Source: the human T2T-CHM13v2.0 reference genome, Homo sapiens
NCBI RefSeq assembly: GCF_009914755.1
Contig: NC_060926.1
Reading direction: 5' to 3' (one strand)
Length of the DNA stretch: 64,000 nt
Of this stretch, positions 43,169 through 58,043 are shown in pieces; position 1 is the first letter of the stretch; the number at the start of each line of letters is the position of its first letter. Under the pieces are notes generated by a model. It searched no databases, was not told the origin of the DNA, and saw only the letters and a program-made list of their open reading frames with translations. A program made the translations under genes and the position numbers.

Positions 43169-45092
43169 AAGCTGTGTACTTTACTTTTAGATGTTCATTG
43201 ACTACCTTCCCCTATTAGAAAATGAGATTCTGGAGGACAGCGATTTAGCCAGTTTCATTCCCTGCTGTGTCCCAAGTATCTGCAAGCCGTGAGCATGCAA
43301 AGGATATTCATTGAAAGACTGAAGAGGAGCAAAGAAGAAAACTGTTTGCCCAATATTTAACAGGAATTAAGTAATAAGAGACTAGCAGTATTTTTTATAA
43401 TGAAAATATTTCTGAATGGAATGTTTCCCTATGGTATACTGGGTCTTATTTTGGCCATTCTGCCCAAAGCAATATAGCCAAGATATATAAGAAGGAAAAT
43501 ATAACGGGGTACCAAATTTGCTGAAAAGATTATGTTTATGCTTTGCTCGGAGTGAAGAAATGTTGAGACTGAAGTATTTAAAATTGCCTCTTAAAAAAAT
43601 ACAAGACATACATCTTTCTCCCAACTTTTCAGACTTGTGGTCTAAGAATGAGGGATGGTTGCCAGGATTACTAAACAAACTGTGTTCAACGGGAGAAAGA
43701 TGTCAGGTTGTGGGATTTTCTGCCAGGAGAGGTTTTAGAGACCAACACTGTCTGGATTTGATGACAGGTAATGACATTAACTAATTACAAAACTAATCAC
43801 ATTTGGAGCAGTGGAAGCTGAGATCATGATAAGTGTAATCAAATCCCTGACTTCAGGGCTTTGGGAATCGGAGGATAAGCTTTCTTCTATTGCAAAGCTT
43901 GACCAGATGACTTTCAGGGCTGTTGTTCTGAATATTTTGGAAGCTGTAGATACCAATGGAAGTCTGAACAAGGGCACTGAATTGCAGCATTCCGTGGCCT
44001 GACTGGCAGTCAGCGAGGGGACTGCACTATAGGGACTCTGTGTGGGTCCCTACTGGCTGAAGATGAGTCCTGCCCACTCCGTTGTCAGGAGTTCCATCAA
44101 GGTACATTCCTGGCCCCATTTTTTCCCCCTAAAAGCCTGAAGACCTGTACCTCCACACCCATATCTCTGGTTGGGTTGCCTTGAATTAACTACAATCCGC
44201 AAGAGGCTCCGTTTCTTCCTCTACAAGTAGAGAGAAAAATATCTTTCCCATTTGCCTCAACACATGGATGTAAGAATCCGGTGAAATGTAGTTTACTTTC
44301 CATACTATAAACCTCTCTAAATAGAAAACTTATTGTGAGTCTTAAGCCAAAGTAAAGGCCCAAGCGCCTACATTACGAGTCCCTCAATCACCAAAAAGGT
44401 AGGAAACTATTCCAGTTAAGAAGCTGGCTACCTTCTAAAGGTCAGTTCCTCTGCCATGTTGTCCCCTCTTCCTTCTTGTTGACTCTGGCCTCCTGGGAGG
44501 AGAGGGATGAGGTCCAGCTCCTTCAAAGCCTTTCCAGCCCTTTAAGGAGACAATAGGGCATGGAGCTGTGCTGTGGAAATGCCCTGGTCATTCTTCCCAT
44601 CTACTCACATTCCTTCAGCCCCTGGTGTAAAACTTGAAAGGAAATAAAATCCTAAATGTAAACACTATCTTTCAGTCACTTGGAAAATTATCTACCTCTC
44701 CTTTCTCTCTCTTACGAATTCACTCACCCTCAATTAAAGCTGTCCTTTGAGTTCAGTCTCACTTTTCAGAAACCAAGCAATCACTTAAGAAAGAGAAAAA
44801 TATTAAGAGATCCAGATTTCAATTAACTTTGCCATTGATTTTTGTGTAATTCTGGGGGAGGCATCATTCTTCTGGCAAAGTGGGGGCAAAGAACTCAAAG
44901 ATTAATGAAGGTTCTAATGACAGCAGTGGGCAAGGACTGAGACATTTGCAATCCTGTCCCCCAGGCCCTGCTGAAAAGCAGAGGCAAAACTAGGAGGAAA
45001 TGGCCTGGAAGTGAGGCCTGTGAATAGCCCACGACAATATCTGCTATTCAGGTGGAAAGCCTTCTGTGGTCAGTGGATACAGTGTTTTCTTT

Positions 45093-45410
<318 letters not shown>

Positions 45411-48400
45411 GAACACAGTGTTTTCTTGTACTTTTTCATTTTAATGTAATTTGTGTATTTGGTGATTCACATAATTGTGCCTGGGTTTTTTTTTTAAAGT
45501 GATCAATAAAATACATATATCCAACCTTGCCTTTTTAAAAGCTGCAATTATTTCATAATTTTGAATATATATTGATCATAACCAGGAACCAGTAGGTTAG
45601 CACAAAAGAGCACGCATGTACACATACATACACACCGCATAAATACAATAGAGGAAACCACTGATACAGATATAATTTTTAATGTGTTATGTCACTGGAT
45701 GTCTATCAGAGGAAAAATTCTCTGTGAAAATAGATTTAAAACAACAGGCAGTTTAATCAGATAAGTACACAGCATTCATCTTTGTCTCCTAGCAATATGA
45801 TTGCAGCATAATGAATGAAGGGTGGGAGCTCATCAGAATATGTCTCTTCTGAGCAATAAAGTGAAACCAACTGTCATCGAGCATCCTTTCCTGTGATGGG
45901 AGCTGGAGCAGGATCTGCTGCTGTGATCATCATCATCATCATCAATAGCTAAACTATTAGACTTGAACAAAGAAAATAAATGATGCAATTTGGGATTTTA
46001 TGTTGAAAGGTTTATTCCAACTTTACGCAATGCCCTAATGGGGAATTTAGCGTTGCGACGCAACTCGCCAACTTTTGGAAGCCCCTGCTAGGGTAGAGCA
46101 AGGGTTCCCTTCTGTGGGGAGTCAGTGAAGAGAAACTACCTTTCAAGGAAGTGTAAAGGGAGTGAACTGGAGCAAACGTCCTCCTCTCAAACCAAATGCA
46201 AAGAGTGAGGCTATTCAATTACAAGGCAGCCTAGGTAAAGCTATAGAATGCACTTGTTGCTTGCTGCTTTTGTGCAAAAAAAAAAAAATGTTAGATTTGT
46301 GTCTGGCTCTGCAGCTCAGTCAGAGTAAGGCTGATGGCCGCTGTCTCACAGGGAACAAGAGGGTTGGTGAGAGAACCTGAGGGCGCCAGCACACCCAGTG
46401 GCCCATGTGAATGCCCATGCATTTGTTGACTGCCTGCTATGAGCCAGCCCTGTTGAGGGCTTTACCCCTCACATGACCTTGTGACCCTGTGAGGCAGGTC
46501 CCGTTATTCCCTCCATTTTCCAGACAATGCAGAGAGACATGAAATGGGTTATTGGGTTTTAAAGACACATTCAAAGCCACACAGCCAGTACTGAGAGTAC
46601 CAGGTAACCACTATGTAGCTGCTCGAAGGAATTGAATTATTTGAATGAAAAATCAGAGAAGTGGTGGGCTGAAGAGAAGACAGGAAATGATTTGGCTTAG
46701 TTGTAATCATCTCCAAAATAAAAACTGATTTGCCCAGCTCCCCCTCCATCTCAGCAGTGTTCAGCAACATTTCCATGGGTGCCACCGACAGACAAGTGTC
46801 CTCTCCCTGCCCTGCCTTCCAGAATCTCTTTCTACCACCACACCTCCAGAAGCTACCTGCATGGTAAAACCAGTCCCAGGACTGACACATGCCTCATAGA
46901 TTGCTGAGAGAATGGGGGCCAGGAATGGAGGTCAGCCAAGACCCTGGAACTGTGAACCCAGCAGCTACACCCCATCACCCGGTCCTCAGGCACTGGTTCT
47001 CCCAAACTGCGTTGGACACCCTCTTGTTCCACCCATGTAGCCCTTGCCCTGGTGTCTGGAGATCAAGGACAAGGCTCTTTCTCTCTTGAGACCCCACTAT
47101 CATGACCATCACTTCCCTGCAGACTTGCCTACTGCCCTGGGTGTGTGCTCTCAAGTGCTTAGCTGGGCTCTGAGGCCTCTTTGCTCCCCTAAGGACTGGG
47201 GCTGTTACAAAACAAAACAATGTCTTGGGTAAGGCTTGCCTATGGATGACTATAGCAGAAACCCCAACAACAATGGCTTGACCAATAACATTTATTACAG
47301 GACATAAAAATATCTGATGCAGTGATCAAAGACACAAGTAAGGAGCCAGGCTCTTTCCATCTTTCAATCAGGTCAACTGTGCCCTGACCGTTGCCTGCCT
47401 CGGGAGCAAGAAGGAGCTGGACCTGGAAGAGCAGCCATGATGGACTGTGGCCTGCGGTTCATGGGGTGTACTATTGTAGGCATCTGAGCACCCCAATTTG
47501 TAGGGCAGTTGGGAAAGGGAGCTTTTGGCTTTCCAGCCTCCACAGCAGGAGGCTAGTTAGAGTGGGGATATCTAAATGCCAGTTAGAATGGGGATTGCAG
47601 AGGGGATTGAGGGAGTCAACCTAAAGAATATGTCACACTCAGGAGAAGACTCTTTTTCCACATCGTTTCCCTCCCTGAAGCCCCAAGCAGGCAGTGGCCA
47701 GTTGCTTGAATAAGGAAGAGATGAAAAGAAATACTGAGTGGTAAAAAGGCAGATAATGCTCATACAATATTATCCCACCTCATGGGTTGAAGAACACTGT
47801 CTGGGTAGGCGGCCCAGAGAGAGCTCACAAGCTGTGTGTGGATACACCACAGAACCAGACTGGGAGTAAGACACCAAGACCCCCAATTCCAACCCCTGCC
47901 ACTCACTCATGGGCAGCATGACCTATACCAAGGGCCTGTGTTTTTCCATTCCGACCCTGGCTTGGCCTAAGAGACCCAACAGGCACTTGGTGAATACGTG
48001 CCAAGCCAATGAAGCTCCCATGTTTGTGAATGGAAGAGGCTGGGCCAGAACACTGCAGGGCCTTGCTTCCCTGACATAAATGACTCCAGGAGGCCTAGTC
48101 GCCGAGCAGAACCACAGAGGACCAGCCATTCTGTAAAAACTGTGTGCTACTCAGCTCCTTAAGGGGCTCCAGAAGGGTCAGTTCCAGGCTTGGTTCAACT
48201 ACAGAGATCCAAGGTGCCCTCCAACCCCTTGAGCTCCACGTTCATTCTGGCTGCTAACTGGTGTGGCAGAAAGTCTGACCTGCTGAGCCCATCTCTTTAT
48301 GTGTAAAATGAAGACAATAATGCCTACCTCACAGGGCTGTGTGAAGATGAGAGATGATGGATGCCTGCCCAGCCAGGCCTTTTAAGCCTGCAGTATTGAC

Positions 48401-48997
48401 TCTTCTCACAGAAGACCCTGGGGACTTGGACTGGACCAAGAACAGAATCCAAATCAGTGCTGACTGCTAGAGATGTGAAAGGGAACGTTCGTTCACACCT
48501 GGGTAAATCTACCTCCAGAAGCTGCTCCGGAAGTTGGTTTTTTATGGGGAAGTGTTGGTGGTAGGCAGGGTTGGCTGAGAATGCTCCCCAGGCTGGTATG
48601 GCTGATTGGTACCAAACTGTGGGAATCACCTACTGATCTCAATTCAGCCTAAAACTGTGGATGTTGATGTGCCCTGATGTGGCTTGGCATTTTCATCTTT
48701 TACCTACAATGTTAGCATTTGCAAATAGATTGACCCTTTTAGGCCCTTTGAGTACCTTTAAGACTATGTGCTTCTATATAGGCATCTATACCAAAGTATA
48801 AAAGAGCATTTTTAATCGACACTCAGCGTAGAGCAACTAAAAATGATGTGTTTGCCAAAAATAAATAAAATAAAATAAAATAAAGTCCATCTCTGGCAAC
48901 ATTCTTGAAGTCAAAGTCCTGTGTGTTTGAGCAGACCATACCTGAAGTTTTGGTGTATTCTGTGAGCTGCCTTGTAAGGTGAGAGGAAGGCAAACTA

Positions 48998-49600
<603 letters not shown>

Positions 49601-49609
49601 TGTTGAAGA

Positions 49610-50756
49610 CATCATATCCCACTGCCTTGTGGAGTTGTGGTGCCAACTAAGGAGACCATTGTCTCAGACCCCTCTGCCAGCTACCTCTCAGGTGCCAACT
49701 CAGCCACACTGCCCAGGGTCATTGACTAATTGTTCACCAGAGCTGCCTTGCAATAGACTGTAGAGCACAAGATCCAGTGGAGCCTCTCCTTGGGTACCTT
49801 GCCTGGCTTCTCTTCTCCCACCCTGGGGCTTCTCTGTTGCCCCTGAAGCATGAGATATCCCAGCAAAATTCAGTGCACAACCATGCTCATCCCAGAGGTA
49901 AGAGGAGGAAATAAAGGAGGATTAATAACCCATGGCAAAAGCCACTTACCAATCAATCAGAGGCTGAAGCTGGCAAACAAATTCTTTTCCCTTCTTCACT
50001 CTCCCTCCACCCAATCAGTCTGTCCTGAGACTTAGTCACTCATGCTCTGGGAGGATGGTCCCTGTATTAGTTTCCTGTAGCTGCTGTAACAAATTACCAG
50101 TAACTTGGTGGTTAAAAACAATAGAAATGTATTATCTTATGGTTCTGGAGGCTAGAAGTGTGAAATCAGTATCACTGGGCTCACAGCAAGGCATTGGCGG
50201 GGGGTGTGCTCCCTCCAGAGGCTCTAGGGGAGAATTCCTTCCTTGCCTACTCTGGCCTCTGGTGGCTGTGGCTTGGCTTATGACCACATCACTCAGATCT
50301 CTGTCTCCTTGATCACACTACCCTCTCCTCTTCTGTGTATGAAACCTGCCTTTGCGTCCTTCTTGCAAGGACATTTGTGTTGGGCTGCATGCACCATTCA
50401 CCCAGAAAACTCAGGGTAATTTTGCATCTCAAGATCCTAAATGGCATCTGCAAAGTCTTTGCCATATAAGGTAACATTCACAGGTTCCAGGGATTAGGAT
50501 GTGGATATTTCTTTGGGAGCCAATGTTTAGCTTACCACAGCCTCAGGTGATGGAGCAGTCAGCTACATGTCATTTGATGACAGCTACGTGTCATCACATA
50601 CATCAATAATACACCCTTGTATTTGCTCCTTGCATTTCAGCCGCACTACCTTTTCTTCCAAACTCCTACTACTCTGGGATGAAACTCTCCACGAAAGAGG
50701 CAGCACGTGAGATTTTCCTCAAGCTCTACTTTCTGGGAAACCCAGGGTAATATACT
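49610..50756 (+). mobile_element. LTR16-like ERVL LTR interrupted by MLT1C
   Basis: 3' end ctcaagctctactttctgggaaacccagg. Confidence 0.5.
50073..50539 (-). mobile_element. MLT1C solo LTR
   Basis: tgtattagtttcct..gctgctgtaacaaattacca..ggttctggaggctagaag..acattcacaggttccagggattagga..accaca. Confidence 0.85.
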
Positions 50757-51476
50757 TAAGCCATTAAGAACACTGCACACAGTAATGATAGTCACAGTAA
50801 TAGTGGTAATACAGTATAGTTTTCAAAGAGGTTTAACTTTCTTCCACAGTATTGCTTAATCATTAAAAAACAGACTTACACACTGAGAGAATGGAGGCCT
50901 TCTATTGCAGTGGAATTTTACACTTTGTTGAAAAATCTATTTCCCCTCTACAAAATATTGCCAACATGGTGACAATTTTTTCAGTAGAATACCTGCTAAA
51001 TGAATAGAATTAGAAAAAGAAGTGTATTCCACAGCAAATGGAAGAAAATTCACTCTGTTAGAGGAAAGTTAAATAAATTAATGTTGACAACTTCCTTACT
51101 GACAAAATGTCTTATCTGTAGCAACATTAAGTCCTTCTATGAATATGCCTTTTGTATGATGAAACAAATTATGTTCCTTAAAACAGCAGTGTCCTGGGTC
51201 CTAGGAATATCTGAGAAGTAGCATACTGCATGGATGAATCACAGAATTGATACTATCACCTCCAAATTCAGTCGGCAAGGCTGTGACTGCCTTTTGTGGG
51301 GGAAACGAGGAGAGTAAAGCAGAACTTTCTACTGCACCTCTCAGAGGTCTTTGCAGGTGACAACTGTATAATGGAAGATTCTGGAAGGTTTTTTTTCATT
51401 AGGCAGCTTCATTGGCACCTTTGTTTTAGAGAATCATATGACTTTTAGGTTCACCAATAAATCTGATGAGAACAAG

Positions 51477-51845
51477 TGATATGGTTTAGCTATGTCCCTA
51501 CCATAGCCCATTGTAGCTCCCATAATCCCCACGTTTCATAGGAGGGACACATGGTGGGAGGCAACTGAATCATGGGAGCAGTTACTCTCATGCTGTTCTC
51601 ATGATAGTGAGTGAGTTCTCATGAGATCTGATGGTTTTATAAGGGGCTTTTCCAGCCTTTGCTTAGCACTTTTCTCTCCTGCCACCATGTGAAGAAGGAC
51701 ATGCCTGCTTCACTTTCCACCATGATTGTGAGTTTCCTGAGGTCTCCCCAGCCATGCAGAACTGTGAGTCAATTAAAACTCTTTTCTTTATAAATTACCA
51801 AGTCTCGAGTATCTCTTCATAGCAGCGTAAGAACGAACTCATACA
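51477..51845 (+). mobile_element. THE1 solo LTR
   Basis: TG..CA termini, typical THE1 body, perfect 5-bp TSD acaag. Confidence 0.93.
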
Positions 51846-53314
51846 ACAAGTATCCAGTGACACTGAATGAAAGGAAAATATTGGCAAACTTCCCCTACTA
51901 AAAGGGCAAATATCAAAATCAGAAACTTTTAAGTACTTCTCTTACTATGACAAGGCAAATCCAATATTTTGGTGGAAGCTGCTTCCTCTAGGCATCATCT
52001 CATCTCAAAAATTACAAGACACATAATTGAATAAATATAATCTGAATGAAGAGCTGTATTGAACAGCATGGTAAAATAAGCCTATATCTGGCACACCCAT
52101 GTTTAATATATGTCACTTAGCTGGGTAATTCATATTTGAAATTTCTTTGATATGGATTCACTTGGACTTTATGTACAAAATCTTAGCTTTCGCATCTCCC
52201 AAGCCTGGATCATTTTCATCTTTTAGTTGCTGGTACAATCTGCTATCAACATTTCAGTATCGCTCATTCTCTTTCCTTTCATGGTATGTGCACTCAAGAG
52301 ACATGCATATGCACACAATGTAAAACAAGATGTCAGGCAACATTTTGTAGAGCAATAGGATTACTCTCCCTCTCCAAGTTCATATACTTTCTCTTTCTCC
52401 ATAGCACAAATAAAAGCCAACTCCTTGGACAGCACAGAATAAAACAGAAGAAGAATCTATGGACTTCTGGAGGATTCCAGCCACAGGAGTCTAAGAACAA
52501 AACAACTGAAGAGTTACAACTCATCTTTAAACAGTCATCACTCCCTGGAAAATTTCAGCTCTTTTTCTAGCTCATACAGGGCTCTTAAATTATGTTAAAT
52601 AGCAGATGAATGAGTGAACCAATGAACTAAAGGACTGAACATTTCCAAAACTATAGAAAGACACATGATGTAAAGAAGCATTATGGTATACCGGAAAGAG
52701 TAGTGACTTAAAGCCAGGAGAAGTAACTGCCAGCTGTTCTACTGGCTTACTATATGATCTTGGGCATGCTACCTAAATCTCATTTCCTCGCATGCCAAAT
52801 AGGGATGATAATTTATTCTAAAGTTTTATAGATAGCATCTATACCACAAATATAGTACCTATATGGTTTAGAAAACAATTGGATTCACATTCTCTCACTT
52901 GATCCTCCCAACCACCAAATGGTGGGAAAGGATGTTCATCATTTGTCCTGGAAGCAGAAGTCCACAATGTTGACCATAATGCCTTGATGTAGTTAATAAA
53001 GGTGCACTCCAAGCTAGGAGTTCCAGATATGTGTACACCTTCTTCTCCAGAGAGCAGGCAGAGAAAAAGATGGCTATAATCAGTGATTTACCCCGAGACA
53101 ATGGCAGAATCTTATCTCTAACCATGACTTCTTACCTTAAATCATTCTTGCTGCTTGCCATCCATATACCTGCTCTGAATACTCATAAAATTAACTCACA
53201 GCCAAAGGCCCTGAGCATTTCTTCAAATTAGTACTACATAAAAATACCTACAAATTTATTTATCAGTATGGAGTAGGTATCGAGTAAATGAACAATGAAC
53301 TGGATGGAGAACAT

Positions 53315-53533
53315 CAGGAATTGGCAAACTTTTCCCGTCAAGAGCCAGAGAGTAAATATCTTAGGCTTTGTCGGCCATATGGTCTCTTCCACAACTGCTC
53401 CATGTTGTGGCGCGAAAGCAGCCATAGATAATACAGAAACAAATAAGTGTGTCTGTGAGCCAATAAAACTTTATTTACAAAAGCAGGCGACAAGTCAGAC
53501 CTAGCCTGATTGGGCCTTGTTTTCCAACCCTTA
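53315..53533 (+). mobile_element. MER58A (hAT-Charlie)
   Basis: caggaattggcaaac..gtaaatatcttaggcttt..aaagcagccataga..ccaataaaactttatttacaaaa. Confidence 0.85.
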
Positions 53534-54789
53534 GACTGCATCCACTTTGAGAAAAGTCTTGTCAAAAGCATCATTTTAGCGCTTTCTTTTAGAGGCAGGG
53601 TCCTGACAACTCTTGATTAACACACACATCCAGGCACTTTGTCTCTCTTCCTCCGTTGTCCTTTGATAAACACCAACTGGCAGAGGGGACATGGAGCATT
53701 TTTCCTTCAATTGCAGTGATTCTGAAAGACAAAGCCGGGGCAGAGATTAAAACCAGACCCGAGGTCTTTGTGCCATGCTCGGCATATCAAGTGCCCCTCT
53801 TCAAATTGTACTGAGCTAGCGGTATACCTTAATAAAGAAAATAGAGCTATTCTTTCACTTAATAGTCTTTTAGTGAGGGTATGGGGGCCAGGTTTACGAA
53901 AGCCCTTATAAAATACTGGCTGAAAGGAAATAATGCTCCTTGGCACCACAGAATCTTTTTCATGTGAAGCTACATGATCACTTTTCATTTTGTTTCTCAA
54001 GCACTCCATGGCACCCATCCATGTATTAGGCTAATAACTGCATGAATCTAGTTAAAAGGAGCCAAGCAATTATTTTAATTAGAAGAGAACAAAAATAATG
54101 CTCCTGGCTTCTGTTTTAAGGGGCAAGAAGGAAGTAGTCAGGGTTCAAAAAGATCCCACAAAATATTTTTGTGAAAGGAAAAATAATTAAGGCCAAATTT
54201 AGAATGTACTTGCAATAAATGGGCCAAATAAAATGAATGGCATCACTGTGCAGCTAGAACCCATTCATAGATAAGAGCCCCAGAAAGTCCGTTTCTACGT
54301 GATACCATTTTGAGGGTATAGCCAATTTTACAAAGTGAAAGTGAATGTCTAGCAGAGATTTAATGATCCTTGTGAATCTCTCACATGATTTCCTAAAGAG
54401 AGTCTGTGTAAACTCTTTTATTAATAAGAGACAGGGGAAGGATATTGGTCAATTTGCTTTTGGGGCAGGATTTTTTTTCATTTACATTCTTAAATTGCTC
54501 AAATTTGTTTCTCTGGAAAAATCTATCTTCACAGCAAATCCTTGTTGCTAATCCATTCTATAAAAAGCGGATTCCACCATAAGAGGATTTTAATCAGCTA
54601 GACTGAACTCAGTTGTACAGGAAGAGATTGTATCTACAGATCTTCCTGAGCCTTTGCCTTCCTGCCTCCTTCCTGCCTCCCTTCTGGTCATGGCATTTTG
54701 ACCATTTTATTCCATCTCAGGCTTCCATAAAGAAATGAAATGAAACTCAAAATAGTCAACTAGTCACCATTCTTCCTTCTGTTTGGATC

Positions 54790-55790
54790 TATCATTGTTT
54801 ATTGTGCACCTGTTATCTACCAGCAAACAGGAAGTTATGGTTGTACATAGGTAACTAAAGCCCAGACCTTGCCTGCAAAGAGCTTACGGTCCAGTCTGAC
54901 AGACAGACACATGGGCAGAAAGGAGAGCCAAGCAGCCCAGCTGGGTGGAGGGCAAGGTTACCTAGCCTGAGCTGGCTGTTAAAGAATGGATTATCCAGAA
55001 GGATATGGATAGTCTATTCCAGGGAGAAAGGTCAGCACAGGCAAAGGCACAGGCACAGAGAACCACAGGGAGCACACATAGTTGGAACCAGAAGATAGAG
55101 CTGCAGGAATGTAAAGCCAAAGACTAGAGTGAGACAGGAGAGCAGACTGAAGAGGTGAGCAAGAGCCAGGTGCTATGGTCTGAATGCTGGTATCCTTCCA
55201 AAACTCACGTTGGAACCAAATACCTGACAGGATCGTATTAAGAGGTAGGGCCTTTGGGAAGTGATTCAGTCATGGGGGCTCCACCATAATGAGTAGGACT
55301 GGTGCCCTTATAAAAGAAGATCCAGGGGGCTTCCTTGCCCCTTCCACCATGTAAGAATGCAGCAACAAGGTGCCATCTATGAAGCCCTACCAGACACCAA
55401 ATCTGCTGACGCCTGGATCTTGGACTCCCCATCCTCCAGAACTACCAGCGATATATTTCTATTGTTTATAAATTACTCAGTCTAAGATATTTTGTTAAGC
55501 AACCTGAATGGACTAAGACATCAGATCATGCAAGAACCTGCACCACATTGATAAACCTGGACTTCATCTTGCAGAGCAATACAGAAATCACCTGGTTTTC
55601 AGCAAAGGACTAATGTGGTTAGCTTTCTATTTCAGAGTCAGCATCTGCATGGCTGAGAAGAAGATAAATGGAGAATAGTATCCCATAGACGCCATTGCCC
55701 AGGCAAGAGGTGACAAGGCCTTGAACTGGGACAATACTAAGTAGGAAAAGAGAGCTGGGATGAGGAATGATATGCATGCTACTACAGGAT
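54790..55790 (-). mobile_element. L2 fragment
   Basis: gagcttacggtccagt..tattccaggg..gcacaggcaaaggcac. Confidence 0.5.
55171..55520 (+). mobile_element. MLT1A0 solo LTR inside an L2
   Basis: tgctatggtctgaatg..gcccttataaaaga..gatcttggact..ggactaagaca. Confidence 0.85.
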
Positions 55791-56829
55791 ATTTTAAAAA
55801 TAAAAATTAAAAAGTCTTTGGAGCAGTGACAGATAAGGTCAAAAGTCAGAGATTAAATTGGCCTAGAAGATTCTTGGCAGGGATCAGATATTTTATCTGA
55901 ACACTTGTCATATGTCCAAAAAGGTTTCTCAACTGATGAGCCTTGATTATGGGTTCCAGGATTGAGATGCAGTAACAAATTTCAGCCTTGGGCACATGAA
56001 CATACTGCTGAGTGCCATATGGAAACTCCTAGAAGATAGTCTAATTCCTATTTACTTTCCCATGCAAAACTCACACAAAACCAGCTTCCTGCTAAAAATC
56101 TAAGTTAAAATACACAGAAACATAGAAAGACAGAAAACTGTAGTGAGTCCTTCTCAGGATAAACTACATATATGTTTAATTACTATGTGATATTAGACTC
56201 ATTTATGTTTTAATTTCTAAAAGACTATATACTTCTCAACTTGTTTTATGAGCCAGTGGAACGTTGATAACACATTTGAGAAAGACATTACAATAAAAGA
56301 AAGTTACAGGTAAATTTCACTCATAAACATTTCTATAAAAATTATTTTTGAAAATATGACCAAAGTACATGCAGCAATATGTAAGACAAATATTCCATCA
56401 CACCCAAGTTGAGTTTAATCCAGAAATGCAAGATTGGTTTAACATTCAAAAACCCATTGAATAACTCACCATGCTAACAGAATAATGGAAAAAAGTAATA
56501 TGATAATTCTATAAAGAAGTGGGTGCTTAATTTATGACAAAAGTGTCCCTGCAGAGCATTGGAGAAAGGAAGTCTTTTCCATTCATCATGAAGGGTAAGT
56601 AGATATCATGGAGTAAAGAACCAAACTTGATCCCAACCTCACACCACATACAAAAATCAATGCCATGTGGATTGTAGATCCAATTGTGAAAGGTGAAACA
56701 ACACAACTTACAAAAGATAATATGAAAGGATATTATTATGGCCTTGAAATAAGCAAAGCTCTCCTAAATAGGACACAGAAAGCATTAACCACAAAGGGAA
56801 ATAGACTATATTAACAGTAACATTAAAAT

Positions 56830-57151
<322 letters not shown>

Positions 57152-57735
57152 GTTAATATTTTCTATTCATCCAAAGGCACCACAAAGAGAATGAAAAGTC
57201 AAGCTCAGGGTGGTACATATTTTTAACATATATAACCAAAAAGCTATATGCAGAATATATATCTCCTACAAATCAATAAGATGAAAAGTCCAATAGAAAA
57301 ATGGACTTAATAAGACCACTTACAAAAGGGAATATCCAAATAGCCACTATACATGAAAAAGATGCTCAGTGTACTAATAATCCAAGAAAATGGAATTAAA
57401 ACCACAATGAGACTCTATACATACCACCAGAATGACCAAAATCAAGAAGACTGAGAATGCCAAGTGCTAGCAGGGATGTAGAGCATCACCCACTGCTGGT
57501 AAGAGTGGAGACTGACACAATCTCTTTGGAAAACTGTTTGGCATTATTTATTAAAGTTGAGCATAGTCATGTTCTACAATTTGGTAACTTCCCCTTTAGT
57601 CTATATATAGACTAAACATAATGCATATACACAAGCATCAAAGACATGCACAAGAAAGTTTCCAGCTGCACTCTCTGAAAGTAGCCTAAAACTCAAAACA
57701 ATTCAAATGTTCATCAAGGGGAAAATGGATAAACT

Positions 57736-58043
57736 ACCGGGCATGGTGGTGCACTCCTGTAATCCTAGCACTTTGGGAGGCCAAAGCGGGCAGATCACTT
57801 GAGTCCAGGAGTTTGAAACCAGCCTGGGCAACATGGCGAAACCCTGTCTCTACAAAAAAAAAAAAAAAAAAAATACAAAAATACAAAAATTAGCCGGGCA
57901 TGGTGGCATGGGCCTGTAGTCCCAGCTACTCTGGGTCCGAGGATCACTTGAGCCCAGGAGGTCAAGGCTACAGTGAGCCAAGATCATGCCACTGCACTCC
58001 AGCCTAGGTGACAGAGGGAGTCCCTGTCTCAAAAAAAAAAAAA
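57736..58043 (+). mobile_element. AluJ in L1
   Basis: Diverged Alu with TSD approximately aaaatg(g)ataaa. Confidence 0.9.
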
